Source of the DNA: Camelus dromedarius
Lineage: Eukaryota
NCBI RefSeq assembly: GCF_036321535.1
Contig: NC_087436.1
Coordinates: 94,180,001-94,244,000, forward strand
DNA: 64,000 bases
Direction of reading: 5' to 3'
Below the pieces are notes generated by a model. The model made no database searches, had not been told where the DNA came from, and saw nothing but the letters and a program-made list of their open reading frames with translations. The stretch's first letter is position 1, and each line of letters starts with the position of its first letter. Positions 24,691 to 39,205 of the stretch are shown here, piece after piece. The position numbers and the translations under genes are program-made.

Positions 24691-26769
24691 ATTGCCTTTT
24701 TTTTTTTTGAGTTATATACTCTTTTGCGGTTCTATTTTCTAAAGGAACAGAACAATGATGAGAGTTATGGGACCATCATCATCATCATAATAATGTTTCA
24801 TGGTGGGTAGCACTTACTGAGCAGTTACATGTGCTTCAGTGCGTGACCTCTCTATACAATGCGATGAGGTAGATGTTATTGCCCCATTTTAAAGATGAAG
24901 AAATAGAGGCTGGGAGCTCAAGTGACTTAACTGTTTGAACCACAGGCAGGCATGACAAAGTCATGCCTTAAACATTACCTACAGCCACTTTACCTATGAA
25001 CTTCAACAAGAATGTTCATTTTCCATTTTAAATTGTTTGTGTTGTCTAATTGAGAGACTTCGACTCTCACTAGTAACATTTCATTAATTGTCATTCCTGA
25101 GGTGGTCTTTTTCTCATCATTGGGTTAAAAGTAAACTAAAAGTGTTCTTATAACCATGACTATTAATAGAGATTGAGAGAGCTATATATTATAAGCAAAA
25201 TGAGAGAGTGGAGGAAAAAACTGTCGTCCTGTATTGACCGCATCTATATACCTCAGTTTGAGCTCTTGATTTAAACCCTCTTGGCTTCAGTTTTCTCTGT
25301 AAAATGGGGTTAATTACACATGACTTAGAGGAGTCTTTAAGAATTGAGTTAGTTTTAGCAAAACAGACAGTGGTCTAGGGCATAAACTCTGGAGCTAGAC
25401 TGATAAGGTTTAAAGCCCAGATTTCCCACTTATTAACTAAATCCATGCGAATTGCTTAGAGAGATACAAACTGCCCCTAGTAGAAGCTCAATAAAGTTAC
25501 TTTAGTCCCTTTGCCTTGTGAGAATTATTCTAATCTTTACATTGTTCTAGTAAATGATTATCAATTAAAGCTAACTTTAAAGGAGATTATTATTTTAGAA
25601 CTATCCTAAGAACGGATGGGGACCAAAACAACATCAAGTGGTTAAGTATTGAATAACTTTGATAAGAATTATGAAATATGTATACCTTCTGACCAAGGTA
25701 TAAACATCTATTGAAGAGACCCCAGAGAAATAAGATAAAGGCAAAAACATTTAGATATTCACGGCATCTACTCAAGCAATGAAATATTTAGCCATAAAAT
25801 GAGTATCACCATGGGAAAACATGAACATTTGCTCAGAAAATAATGTTAAATGAAAAAATATGTACACAAAATAGTATATACACATTAATTGCCATTCTAC
25901 AAAGATACAACTACACATTGCAAATGATTGGAATGGAATATTGAATAATATAAATTGTTGCCATTCCGGGTTTATAAGATTTTAATAACATTATTAACAA
26001 ATATACTATAATTTTAAAGTTTGGAAAATGCAGATCATTATGCTACACTGTCATAAAAATGTAAGTATTTGTAGGCCATTGCTCAAAGTGAATCACAGTA
26101 TATTATTTTACTGGTATATATCAATAAATTTGAGTATTGGTATGTTTTATTGCAAAATTTTTATTTTTATAAGCAAAAAATTTTTATTCTCTTAGAACCT
26201 GCAATCCGATATTTATACTGGGATTCTTTCTCTCACTCCCACTCCCAAACCCACATTCATTCCTTCTTGTTGTTAAAAAGCAAACAGAACAAAACAAAAT
26301 CCCACTTCTAGTGCTGGATCAGACTGTATCAGGGGAAATAAACAAAGGTTTCATCCTCACCAGGGACAGAACGCTGTGTTCAGCCAATCAGGTAAACAGC
26401 ATAATCCCATTTCTCCCGGTTCCAAGTTGTGCAGTGGAACGTCTGCACACTGTATGTCACAGCCACACTCACACTCGGCATGCCCCCTCTGGTTGCACAT
26501 GGAAAGGAAGGGCTCCCTCTCCCGGATTCTACCACCGAGTAGAAGACCCTCCGTCCACTCTAACATTCATCCAAAGGAGGGTGTGGATGCTTTTGTGGTT
26601 TATTTTAACGATGGAAGAAGGGAGCTACTGACTAAAGACAGCTTCATCAACGAGCAGGTGGGACGTAGTTCTCTTCCTGTTCTTACCAGTTGAATATAAA
26701 ACTCTGGTTTTTCCCATCTGTAAAACGGTTGATTCTTTTTGCCCTTTCCTACTTCATAGATGATGATGG

Positions 26770-27030
26770 TGTTGGTCATAGTGGTAAGAGCAGCTAATGA
26801 GTGCCTACTATGTGCCAGACCCAATGTTAAGCTCTTAACCCTCATTTACCTCACCTAATTCCCACAAAAACCCATGAGAAAAGTATTTGTATTATCTCCA
26901 ATTTTATGTTTCAGAAAGCAGGGATTTGGAAAAGCTACATAATTTGCCTTTGGTCACACAACTAACCAAAGGCCATGAAAGAACTTAAACTCAGATTCAT
27001 CTGATGATGCTAAAACCTGGCTTTTAAACT
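26770..27030 (-). mobile_element. MIR SINE
   Basis: gagtgcctactatgtgccag...ttattatctccaatttta...ggtcacacaact. Confidence 0.75.
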
Positions 27031-27869
27031 TTATATCATATACCCTTGATATAAATTTATAAAACATCATAGGAAAGCATGTTAAATATCCAGAAAGGCT
27101 GAAAGAGACATATTAGAACATTAATGAAAAGACAGTTTCATGTTACTATTCTTTGTATGTACTATGGGTTCCAAGAAATGTTCACTTCTGACACATTCTT
27201 CCCTTCTTGTTAGGAAGAAAAACTAGAAAAAAAAAAAAGTTTTTAAAAAAATAATTGCTCTCAACCTGTAGAACTTACAGTCATGTGATACCAGCTCAGA
27301 GCACCAGAAAAGACTTTCAAGGTCAGAGATCCCAGTCCCCTCCTTTCATAAGTGAAAACACTGCAGCTGGGAGAACATAGGGCCATGGCCACGTGGAGCC
27401 AGTCCAAGCTTGATTTTGCCAGGCTGTGTTTTGTTCTCTCCTGGCCCCTTCCACAAAGTTTTAATCTCTGTTCAGATGAATCTTGGAAGCAATGAAAAAT
27501 TCACCTGCCCTCTCTCCCTCTTGGTCTTCCTCCCTCCCTCCTCCACCCCCACCAACCACATCCTTGTGCCCTGGGTCATCTTCAGGCTGTCTGTACTTGC
27601 TGGGCTGTGTGATCTTTGATTAGATGCTGAGAGAATCCCCCAGACCTCATCTATTCTTAGCTCACCACGTTGCAGGTAGTCTCATCACTCAGCCGCAGAG
27701 AGTGAGTCCCCCCACCAATCTGAAGGCAACTGCAGAACTGCGTCTCCAGCCTTCGCCCAGATTCATGCAGTAGCAAAGGTGTGAAATACAGCCACACAAA
27801 ATGCAGAGTGCTACAGAAATCCAACCGATGAAGGTCCCATTCTTTAACATTTCAGTTAGACCCAATCGA

Positions 27870-28020
27870 AAAATTCTCTATGGAACGCATGCCAATCAAG
27901 CCTTTGCCAACCCCTTTCGAATGAAACTGCTCTTGATAAGGTGACTACTATGTTAATAAATCCAAAAGCCAATTCGCAGTTCTCTTTCACTTGAACATCA
28001 GTAGCATTTGACACAGTTGA
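27870..28020 (+). mobile_element. LINE-2 RT-region fragment
   Basis: gaaactgctcttgataaggtgac...cagtagcatttgacacagttga. Confidence 0.6.
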
Positions 28021-28870
28021 AAACAGTGCCCAGACAATGATGTCACTTGGCTGAGAGGTTCATCGACACCCCAGGAACAGAGTTTTAGTAATTAGTATTA
28101 AAGTGGACCAGCATTCCTTGTAGTTGTTGAGTATATATTTGTAAAGTTAACTGTGTCTATGTCCCTATATGAAATAAGTTCAGCTATTTTTATTGTCTTT
28201 AGGAAGTACATTTGTCAAGTCTATATAAATCTGTTAACAGAATCTGCTAAGCCTAAGAGGATGTAATACTACAACTACTACCCATGCCCCTGCCACATGG
28301 GGAGCATTCACTATGCACCAGGAATTGCAGTCTGGTGGTTAAGGTCACAGACTTACTGGAACTTTCTGGAGCCTCACTGCTGGGCTTCAAATTCTGGTTC
28401 TGAGGCTTACCAGCTTAGAGGTCAAGAGAAATATAAAACATGGAAGGCTACCATGAGCAGTTGCCTCAGTTTTTCACTGCATAAAAGTACCCAGCCAACA
28501 AGTGAGTAGTGGCTGCAATTCTACCCACAGTCCTCTCACCAAGCCCTGTGTCCAGAGCAGGGTGATGTCCACCGGAAGCAGGGGGCTCTGCTTGCAGAAG
28601 TATGTGCCCATAAGACGCATCTCTTCAGAGGAAGTGACTTTTTCTAATTTACACAAAGGTGTGGAATGCCCCACAGCAGCCCTGAAACTGGGTTCTCAGG
28701 AGGCATCTCTGAAACTGGGGCCACTGTCTTCAATATAATTTGGTAGTGGGATCAGTTACATTTAGAACCTCAATGCCCAGAACACCACCTGGCACATAGC
28801 ATTTAGCCACACTTATTGAATGAATTAAGCATTCTGAGAACAAGATATAAGTGCTAAATGTTGTGAAATA

Positions 28871-29687
28871 TAGCAGTTTCTCAAAGTGTGATTCAGGAAC
28901 CCCCAGGGCTCTACAAGACTCTCTGTGATGTAAGTGCTCATAAATTTGCTCAAAAAATGTCAGTTATTTAGAGTGATAATGCCTGATAATGCCTTTAAAA
29001 CGTTTGAGGATGTGTTATATATGTGAATTTTCATGAAAAAGTTTTAGAAATAATAAACAGTAAATTGCTATAGAATCCTCAAAAAAAAGTTTGAATTATT
29101 CATAATAATACTAAGGACTTACCTATTTCATTCATTCTCCACAAGTATACAGATTTCATAGAGATGGTTTCAGATTCCACATTACAACTAACCTTTAAGA
29201 AACTGTAATATCAATTTTTGGAGTACTTTCAATGAAAAATATCCACAATGATCTGAAAATGCTATTAAAATATTTGTCTTTGTGTGAAGCTGAATTATCT
29301 TCATATATATTTCATCCAAAACTATGCAATGCAACTTGCCCCAGATCAAATGCAGAAACAGATATTAGATGCAACTATCATCTATTAAGTTAGACATTAA
29401 AATAATTTGCAAAAATATTAAACAATGGTACTCTTCTCATTAAAATTTTTGTTTAGGAAAATATAGTTATTCTTTAAGAATGTGTTGTTTATGCTAACAT
29501 TTAATGGCTTTATTATTATTTAAAATGAATTAGTATATATTTTGGCATTTATCCATTGTCATTTTAGTTTGGTTAACATTAACTACAACCCATATCAACG
29601 AAAACTCCTTAGATTTTTCAATGATTTTTAAGAGTGTAATTAATTTTTAGGCTTAATTTTTAAGCCTAAAAATTTTGAGAACTGCTG
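28871..29687 (+). mobile_element. hAT Charlie1-like deletion derivative
   Basis: Termini agcagtttctcaaagtgtg and tttgagaactgctg; internal tggtttcagattccacattacaactaacctttaagaaact. Confidence 0.8.
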
Positions 29688-29699
29688 ATGTAAAAGGCA

Positions 29700-29860
29700 A
29701 ACTAGATTATCAGAGCCATCTAGGGAACTTTGTAGGGCTACAGATTCTGGGGCCCACCCCTCTAGATTCTGATTCAGTAGAGCTGGGACAGAGCTCTGAG
29801 AATTTGTATTTTATAAGAACTCTCCCAGTAATTCTGATCATCAGCCTCTGGTACAAACAG
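29700..29860. mobile_element. MER5A-like hAT MITE
   Basis: cagattctggggcccacccc...gattctgattcagtag. Confidence 0.7.
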
Positions 29861-29939
29861 TGAATATAATAGAAGTTTGGGGAAATACAGCCCTGGGAGG
29901 TGGGAAGTCATGCACTGTAACTGTCAGGGAAGACTTCGG

Positions 29940-30370
29940 TTATCCAACAAACATTTATCAAGCACTTACTAAGTTCCAGGCAATGTTGGGAATGTTGGCC
30001 AGACACAGGCCCTGTCCTGAAGAAACTCACTGACCAGCGGGAGAGAGGGACAGGGCAGGCAAGAGCAACAGCACACAGTCATGGGGTCCATGGTGGGGGA
30101 AACGGGGTGCTGTGGGAACATAGAACGTACACCACTTCAGAGAGCTGGCCTTAGATGATGAGAAGCTTCTGGGAAATCAAGGAGAAAAGGGTGACAAGGG
30201 TCTAGGTTATGACTGAAGACCTGGAGGCAGATGGTCATGATGCCCATGTGGTGGGCAGTACGTAGACCAACCTGGCTGGCATGCAGGGCTGGCTAGAGAG
30301 CAAAGCAAGATCAAGTCAGAGAGGCTGGGCGGGCCAGATGATGGAGGAGTCTAACACCAGTGAGCTGCTT
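29940..30370 (-). mobile_element. LINE-2 3' region
   Basis: caacaaacatttatcaagcacttact...gggccagatgatggaggagtct. Confidence 0.65.
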
Positions 30371-33032
30371 GGAGTTTGGTGGAGAAAGATACACTTTAGG
30401 ATTACAATTCTGGTGACCTAGTAGAGGATGAGGGGTTAAAAAACAGGACGCCTGCTGGTTGGCAATTAGAATAATGTGATTCTGGGGGCCATCCAAGCCA
30501 GACAGGGAAATAAGCAGCAGCGTTTCTGCTCGTGGTCTAAAAGAAACTAGATAATCCTCTGAAATCAGACAGTGGTTAAAGTAAATTTGATAAACCCTCC
30601 CTGCAATTTCTGTGCCCCTTTTGTTTGGATTTCATGAATCATTTTATAGCAATGGCTCTTGAGGTTTGAGAATCATGGACTCTTTTGAGAATCTGATGAA
30701 CATTTTAGATGTTCTCTCCAAGAGGGGAAGAAAAGAATTAAAGCAAAAACTTATGTGTGGCTAGGCAGGATTTTCTCCACTCTCGTGTTTCTTTGCCCTC
30801 TTATCTTTTTTCTGTCTTTCTTCCTAAAAGAGGTGTCATTTGGTAAGAGGGAAAAAAAGAGATTCTTTCAGCAGAATGAGGCACTAGAGTTTTCCTGTAA
30901 GAGGTAGTTGAATATTAGTAGTAGAAATGCTGAGAGTGGAAATTTCACTCTGAAGCCCAGGAAGCCTCTTCCTAGGGAGCTCAAAGGAAGGGGGACAGAG
31001 TCCAAGTTTGGTGGAAGAGAAGGGGGAGAACTAGATTACACAGGGTTTGACTGATGCCTTGTGGAGGAAGTAAAGGGCTGTACTCTGAGTAAGAGGAGCT
31101 GCCTAGTAATGAGGCTTCCTCTCCAGAGATGGACTGTATCTTATACACACCAGACATGGTAGCCATAACCAAGGGTAGGTTTACCTCTTCTCTTATCTCA
31201 GTTTCTTGTCAGTCCTCATCTTTCACAGCGTTTGGGGCCAGTCTTCCCCCAGTCAGGACTGCTGGTCCCCGTCGTGCAGGCTGTTCACTGAACAAAACTC
31301 TAGGTAGAAGGGACAGTGGAGACTGAAACTGAGCCTGTGCCGGGCTTGCCGAGCTCTGTGGGCTGCAGAGGGGCCATGTGCACCCAGAGCAGGCACATTT
31401 TCTAATCCTTACAAAGGTGCCCTGCAGGCTAGCGGCGCTGGACCAGCTGCCTCACCCTCAGATCCTCCTGCCTCCTCCTCTTCCCTTTACCACAGGGGCC
31501 ATGGCAGAGAACGGTCGGTGTGTAAGTCTCCACCGTATAATGTGGGCTGGGGACATGGGCCAGACTCCCAACTCCTCTCCTCCCTCTCCCTTGACCGCTC
31601 CTCCATCTCTCCCTCATGCCTCTTCCAGGGCCTCTTACACACAGACCTCACTTTCTCAGCAGAAGGAGATGGAGGTTGAAGGAGAAAAATTATTCACTAC
31701 ATAACAAGTGATCATCTTCTACAGAGGGCAGAAAGAAGGAAACAGACCCCGCAAAATACTGCAGCCTCGCTGGGCCCCTAGGCCCGAGCCTCGAGCTAAG
31801 AGGAAGGCTGTGGAAGAGGACAGCCCAGAAACGAAGCCTGGGTAACAGCGTCAGAACTGCGACCACAGGAGGCCGCTGCCTCCTCCCGCAGCTGTGCGGT
31901 GAGTCGGCTTGGCTGGCTTCCAGCTCAAACACCTGCTGTGGCCCAAGTCTTTCAGCCAAAATCAGCCCCAAGCTGATTCTAGCTTAGTTCCCTCCCCTCT
32001 ACCTTTGGGGGAGCTTTGAAAGTGTGGGAAATGTGAGTACACAAGTCTGGTTGACTTACCCACTTCAGGCTGCCCCCGCCTCCCCCGAGGGACTGGGCTT
32101 TCGCTGCTCTAGGCAGTCGCTTTTCTGAGCCCCATGGTGAGATCTGTTCCTTCTGGTTTCATTCCTATGAGAGCAGGCTAAGACCCAGAGCTTCATCTGG
32201 AGCTGAGGAGTAACCTGGTACCACAGGGCTTCTGACTTCAAGGAGACCAGGTGTGCACCGTCATCACCGTAACAAGGTGAACACTTGGTACACTCTCATT
32301 ACATACCAAGCTCCTTCCATTCAGTGCCTCACCTGATCCTCACAACCTGAGGTATTACTCTCTTCATTTCATAGATGAAAAAACTGAGACTCAGAAATAT
32401 TATAAAGCTTGCTCCCACCAACTCCACCAACCCATCAAAATTCTCTCCTCCTGTCTCTTTAGATATGATCATGTGTCAAACTGTATTTATTGCAGCCCTT
32501 CTTCAAGGGAAAGGGTCCCTAGGAATCCATTTCAAAGATTCACACTTGACAGGAATGGCCAGAGAATCAGACTAGACACGGAAAGAAAAGAATGTATAGC
32601 TAAAGGTCAACTAGACTGTTGTCTGATGGTCAGCTGGGAATGCGGGAAGGAGGTGCAAGGGTGACTAATTTCCCAGAGCAAGTCTTTATCTCATTACAAT
32701 CTGTCAGAAAATTGCGTAGGTGTTTTATTGAAAACACTGATTTTCTTCCCAGAAGGAGGTTTTGAATTACATCATACATGGAAAGGGTCTTAATCTGGGA
32801 CAATTTTTCTTTTTAATGCTATTACAGTCAACATCACATTATAATGATGTATTACATGACTGTTGCAATTTAAGTATGTAGTAATAACACAAAATCATGT
32901 GTCAGAGTAATCCCAAGAAAGCAGGATCAACCTACATACCCCGCCTATAATAGCTGCTTAATAAATGTTTATTCAGAGAAGAAATGAGTGAATGAACTTT
33001 CCCAAACAGAGAAGGAATGAGTGAACTAGATC

Positions 33033-33340
33033 AAAGCTGCTCAAAGTGTGGTCCAAAAACCAGACAAGGCAGGTCTGCAAACTGTTACTGGACCACAGCA
33101 AGAGAAGCACAGAAATCAAGAGTATGTATTTAGAAAATTTTTTAGCAGTTGGGTAATGTCTGTTGAATCTAATATTAAAAAATAGGACTTGCGTATTTCG
33201 GTCTTTTTTTACTTCATTTTTTTCCTTTTAATTCTTTGTCTTTTTTCCTTCTAGGAATTTATTGTGCTTTTAAGCAGTTTTGGTCTGCAATGATTGGAAA
33301 TTTTAAAAAGAAAGAAAAGGTCTTTTACCGCAGTAGTTTA
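33033..33340. mobile_element. hAT-Charlie-like MITE
   Basis: gctgctcaaagtgtggtcc terminus and AT-rich body. Confidence 0.5.
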
Positions 33341-34159
33341 ATCAGATCACAGACCCATCAGAAAGGCCAGATGACTCTGTCACATGAAAAGTTCCATTCT
33401 GAGAACACCCTGGCAGAGAAGAGACCCTGAGTCCGTTCTGCACAAACCTCCAGCCAGTCAGCTCTAACAACAGCCTCAACCAAGATGACTGTCATTTTTT
33501 GGAGGGGAGGGAAATAGTGTGTCCATTCAAGAGTCCTCATCGAACAGCTTCTCAGAGCCACGCCACAGCTTAGAGGCTCAGCCACATTCATGCCCTCCTC
33601 CCTTCCCCACCCCCAAACTTCAGAACGAACCAGGGAGAATCAGAGATGTTGGCATCAAAGCAGAGCAAAATCCGAGGCTCTGTGTTGTGGCAGGATGAGG
33701 GTTTTCTTCCCCCCTCACCCCTCTTCCTTCCTCCCCAGAGCCCCCTCCCAGCCCTTCCTGGGAGGAAGTCTGGTAAAATGGAGGAAAGTGGCTGTGAGAG
33801 CCTAACATCGAATAGTTCTGTCTGACACGTGTCAATAGTAATCAAGGGAAGGTGTGTTTGTGTCATAGCTGTTTCACTCTGAAGGACATAAGCCTCCACC
33901 AGGGACCTTCTGCATGGAGTCTAAGCCTACAGGAGGGGCAGAGAAGGTACAAAAAGATGGGAGGATGGCAGAGGGGAAAAGATGGGCAAAGAAGACCAGA
34001 GAAAGAAGAGCTGGATGGATGGTCGTCAAACTCTGTAATGAACTCACAGGTGACTTGATAGGAAAGTAAAGACATCTCTGGACTTCACATCTGTCATACT
34101 AAGACTTTTCTTTCTGGGACTGGGTGTTCCTACAGGCCCTCCCAGTTATGTAACCAAGG

Positions 34160-34355
34160 AGCTGGAGTGTGGAACCGTCAGGAGCACAGACTTGAGACAG
34201 ATTGCCTGGACGGAATCTTGACTCTGACACATGCTAGGTGTCTGACCTTGGGTAAGTTTCCTTATCTGTGAAATAGGGATGAAAATAGTACCTTCCTCTT
34301 GGGTGCTCACAAGAAAACAATTTAACATACATAAAGTACATAGTGCCAGATATAT
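34160..34355 (+). mobile_element. MIR SINE
   Basis: gagcacagacttgagacaga...tgaccttgggtaagtt...tctgtgaaatagggatga. Confidence 0.75.
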
Positions 34356-34386
34356 CTGTGGTTTTTACTGTGGCTTTAAGCAAGGC

Positions 34387-34412
34387 CACACACACACACA
34401 CACACACACACA
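34387..34412. repeat. (CA)13 microsatellite
   Basis: Read directly. Confidence 0.95.
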
Positions 34413-35160
34413 TATTTCCAGTACGAAGTTCAATAGATGCCCACAGATGCAATTAACAAGCATGTCGTTACAGGTTCCTCGGAAAAATCTGGGATAGTTA
34501 CCATACTGCCTGTACAGACAACAGCGTAGGAGTATGTATACTCATTAACAAGCTGACATTAAAAGCTGTTCACAAGACAGTAAATGAAAAAAAAACAGAT
34601 TGGAAATTAGGTTGTACCATACGATCCTATTTTTGTAAAAATACACGTGTATGCATATAAGAAAAAATTCTGGAGAGGTAAATACAAAAATTGACGGAAC
34701 AGGGATTATTGGAGTCATTTTAATTGTCTTTTGCTTTCTAATTTTTTCAACAATGAGCCTGCAATATTTGTATAATCTGGGAGAGACAGATGTAGAAATA
34801 TATACCTGTGCAAAGAATCTTTCCTTTATAATTCCTTTAACCTGTTCCAACCAGGCTGGCTTGCAGATTTCCCTTCTGAGCATTTGGGTGGAGGAAGGAA
34901 GAACATCCTTCAGGTTCCCCCGGAGCCCATGAAGCCCCAGCCCTGAGTGATTCAAGGCTCATAGCTCTGACTGTTGAGCTTATAATAACAGGCAAGGCGG
35001 CGCTGCTGGCTGGCTGCCGTGTTCTGGGTCTTTCTGCGCCTCTACTGTTGCTGGTTTCATGGGCTGGTCTTTCCCACTGACATTTTCTTCTTTTTTTTTA
35101 ATCACCTGCCATTGCCTCTGACATTTTAAGAGAAGGGTAAACCTTTAGACTTCTATCATT

Positions 35161-35328
35161 AGAAAAGACCATGAAAAGGAATATATATATATACCTATAT
35201 ATATAGATATATATATATATAGCTGATTCACTATGCTGTACACCAGAGATTAACACAACATTGTAAACTGACTATACTTCAATTTAAAAAAACAAAATAA
35301 AAATGAGTGATAAAAGGGAAAAAAAAAT
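35161..35328 (+). mobile_element. Short L1 3' end with internal (TA)n and A-tail
   Basis: gctgtacaccagagattaacacaacattgtaaactgactatacttcaat; imperfect TSD ttctatcatt / ttccatcatt. Confidence 0.8.
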
Positions 35329-35549
35329 AAATTTCCATCATTGAAACCTGAAACAAATGGACACGGAGTCTAGAGCTCAAAGGTAGAGGCTGGGAGACAA
35401 AACCTGGGCCTCAAGTCCCAGTTTTTCCTGAAGCCACGTGTATGTCCCTGGGCAGCTAGAGAGTCAGTTTCTTCGTCTGCAAAGTGATGAGGTTGAGCTA
35501 AATCCTCCCTGAGGTCTCTTCCAATTCCAAAAATGTGAGCTAGTAATAG

Positions 35550-35660
35550 CATATTAATATAATATAATAATAGTAATAATATACAATATAATATACTATA
35601 TTATATTATATAAACTAATACTATATAGTATAATAATTGTAATAATATGACAAAATAATA
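35550..35660. repeat. AT-rich low-complexity tract
   Basis: Degenerate (AAT)/(ATA) repeats. Confidence 0.85.
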
Positions 35661-37979
35661 GAGAAGCAGAAGAAAATGTTCCAGCCATATTGACTTAGAT
35701 CTTAGACCCTGAATGGAAGTATATACACTAACAGAGGGAGAGAAAAAAAAACTCAGTGTGCATTTTCATGCAGTATCCAGAGAAGTATTACAAACATGGT
35801 TTGGGTACTGGATTAACAGATAACTTCCTTCTTTCAAGCTTTTCCATTTGTCAAGCAGAGATACAATCTATGTCTGTTAACTCATCTAATGAGCGCTTAG
35901 TAGACAATCACACAGGAGCGGGTTCAATTCTTTTGCTAAATGTGTTCTGATAATAAGGATGATAATAGTGACCGCCAGGGCTTAGACACAGAGACCTCGC
36001 TTCTGGTCAGCAGCTGCGTGCGTGGCCAGGACATGTCACATCGCCTCCCTGGGTCGCATCTCTCTCTCTCCTCCTTCACAGGGTCATCTGGAGCGTCAGA
36101 AGAAAGCCTAGCAGAGCAGAAGAAGGGGAGTTTGGAGCCAAGAGTTCCAAGTACGATCCTGATTCCGCCAAGTATGAGTTAGGTGCACAGAGATGAGTCA
36201 CGTAGCCCTCCTGAGCCTTAGCTTTCTTGCCTATAAAACGGGCCAAATAATAATAACCCACAGCATTGTTGTGAGGTCATCTGAGACACCATATATGAAG
36301 TACTTGATCGTTTATAGAGTGCTAAGCAAATACTGGCTATTTCCATAAGACATGGAAAAGCACTTTGGGCACTTTCAAAGTGCTATATGAATGAATGTGT
36401 GAGATGACGGTAATGAGGATTGATTCACTCAAGAAGTAAGAGTTCTGCATGTACTGTGGGCACAGCACAATTTTTGATGCTGGAGATACCAAAGATGGGT
36501 GGCACGGGTACCTGGCTGCAGAGAGAAATGATGAGAAGGAGAAAGGGAGAGGGAGAGATGTACCTGCCTGAGAAGTTCATGCACACAGTGGAGGGCTTTC
36601 TGAAAATTTTTTAAAAAATATCTTGAATCAAAATACTCAGTAAATCTTTAGTTCCCTGAGATTACAGCTTTACAATCCAACAACTGCCCTTTGGTTAATT
36701 CCGGTGACTCACTTGTCAATTGCACCTCTGCCTTTTTCCATCAGTGTGAAAGTTCCACAGACAGAAGACAGATTGGGGCACCTTACCATGTTCTATTTAA
36801 ACCATAAAGGGCGAGCTCTCCAACTGCATCAGCAGATGGGCTCTAGCTTGCTGTAACATGGCTGCTTCTCAAGCCCGTGCTACCATGTACATGGACAGAT
36901 TCTTGGAATTGCTCTACAGGGCCCAGCAGGCAAGCTCTTGCTTTACTTTGAGTCCTATCTAGACCCTGAGTTCTAGTCATTTCCTTCCTTGTTTTCAGAA
37001 TCCATTGGAAACTTTTCTATGTAAGCCCCCAGCACCACCCTGCTTCTGTAAATCCTGTCACTTTTCTATGCCAGTCTGTTTGCTAATCCATCCCTTGGAA
37101 CAGCCCTAACCCAATAGTCAGTTGGGTTGGAATCCCCAGTGAAGTCAGTCACTTCTGGAGGGAACTGAGTATTGAACACTGATTATTGTGAAAAGCATAT
37201 GTGTCCCTTTTTTGAGGCCAGCAGAGAAAAAGTTAAGCCTGCTTTCTTTTTCAGAGGGATGGTTTATTTTTAAATGATGTAGTTTATCTACATCATCCAG
37301 GCTTCTCAGTTAGAAGAATAAACTATCCAGTGTTCCCTCTCCCTTTTCCTAATTCATTTCTTTATAGCACTGACCACCCATCCACATTTATCTGATTTGT
37401 TTGCATAATTATCTGCACATACACAGCTATCCCCACCTAACTAGATCCTAAACTCCATAAAAGCAGCAGCTTTGGCAGTTTGCAGTCTTGGTGCTAAAAA
37501 TGTCCTGGTCCCATGGGGGAATGGAAACAGAAACACATAGTTATGAAACAACATGGTAAATCAGTGATGGCGAGATGCTCGGGTTGTTATCTCATTTAGT
37601 GACTGAGTCCTCTACTTTGAATCGCCCCCATAGCCAACATAAGGATCCCAGTAAATGCTGAATGAATAAACCGGTGAACGGAGCCTTTGCTGATCCCTTC
37701 TATAAAATGCTGAAATGTACCTGCTTCGTGCTAAGAAAAAATCTTGCAAATTATAAAGTACAGGAAACTTGGATTGAAAAGTGAACTTGTGAAAAGTGAA
37801 CAAGTAAAACAAAACCTCTCTCTTCATGAAGCTTAGAGAAAGAGCACCCAAAGGGTGGTAGGGAGAGTGAGGTGGGCTGAGTCTGCCACCAACTCACAGA
37901 GCTTCGGAAAGATCTTAATGTCTTCATCCACCACAGAGCAGGATCCTCCCAGCTCTGCCGTGTATAATATGGCAACTGA

Positions 37980-38200
37980 ATGGTATAGCTGCCATTTATT
38001 GCAGACTTAGTATGTGCCAGACGTAGTGCAGCCTTTACCTGTATTCATTCCTTTAATCCTCACCACCCTATCATATTATTTTCTCCACTTTACGGATGAG
38101 GAAACCAATGTGCAGAGGCTAGTTAACTTGCACAAGGCTGCAAAGCTAGGGAGTGTCAGAGCTGGAATTCAAGTTCTGGCAATTTGACTGTAGAATCTGA
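37980..38200 (-). mobile_element. MIR SINE
   Basis: catttattg...tatgtgccag...ttacggatgaggaaac...taacttgcacaagg. Confidence 0.8.
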
Positions 38201-39205
38201 ACTTTTTAAAAACTTTCAAAATTATAAATTATATTAGGCATACACAAGAGTTGTAAAAAAACACGTAAGTTTTTGAAGAATAAGTAACAGAAAAAATTAA
38301 ATGATCATTCATGTACCCACTTCCCAAACTTAAGAAATAGAACATTACCAATACCTGTGACACCCCTGGGTGACCCTGCTCAATTGTATTCCCTTCCCTC
38401 CCCAGAAGAGGTAACCACTTATTTAAATGCTGTGTTAATCATTTCCATGCTTAAATGTTTTTGACCCTATTATATTAAGTTTTGCTTGAATTTTAACTTC
38501 ATATAAATGGAATCATACTATATATATATATTGCTACTAGTTTTTTAATCTTTTCTTTTTCTTTCTTTTTTTTAAATGGAGGTACTGGGGATTGAACCCA
38601 GGACTTCATGCTGCTAAGCATGCACTCTACCACTGAGCTACACCCATCCCCCACTACTTGCTTTATTTTCAACTTTGTCTACATTTATTTATATTGATAT
38701 GTATAGCTATAGTTCATTTTGATTGTTGCATAGTATTCTATGTGTGAACATACCAACATTTAGACATTCCCTTTGGATGACAGTGGGTTCTTTCTAGTTT
38801 TTGCTATCCCCTACAATGCTACTAAGAACATTCTCATACAGGCTTGCCAGGAAATCTATGCAAGCATATCTCCAGGGCATGAAATATCTAGGTCAAGGGT
38901 GTAAAATATTCAACACTACTTAGCAATGCCAAAATGTTATATTAATTTACATCCCCACAAGATGCATATAAGTTTATTGCTTCATATCCTTGCCGATACT
39001 TCATAGTCATACTTTTTCTCTGCTAATGTGGTGGCATGACAATGATATCTCATTATGGATTTAGTTTGCATTCCCCTGACTCCTGGTGAGACTGAACACC
39101 TTTTCTGTTGTTTATTGGTCATGCATATTTCCCCTTCTGAGAAATGGCCATTTTAAAACTGAGCTGTTTTTATTGTTGATTCATAGTGGTTCTTTATATA
39201 TTTAT
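38200..39205 (-). mobile_element. Ancient L1 (L1ME-type) 3' region, interrupted by a SINE
   Basis: aagaaatagaacattacca...tataaatggaatcatac...tttgcattcccctga. Confidence 0.75.
38550..38652 (-). mobile_element. tRNA-derived SINE (camelid vic-1-like)
   Basis: Minus strand ggggatgggtgtagctcagtggtagagtgcatgcttagca...ctgggttcaatccccagtacctcc followed by an A-tail. Confidence 0.85.

Noticed and set aside
26478..26497. CTCF-like motifs (also near 42181 and 48708)
   Set aside because: They match only the AGGGGGC half; the 5' CCAC/CCAG half is out of register.
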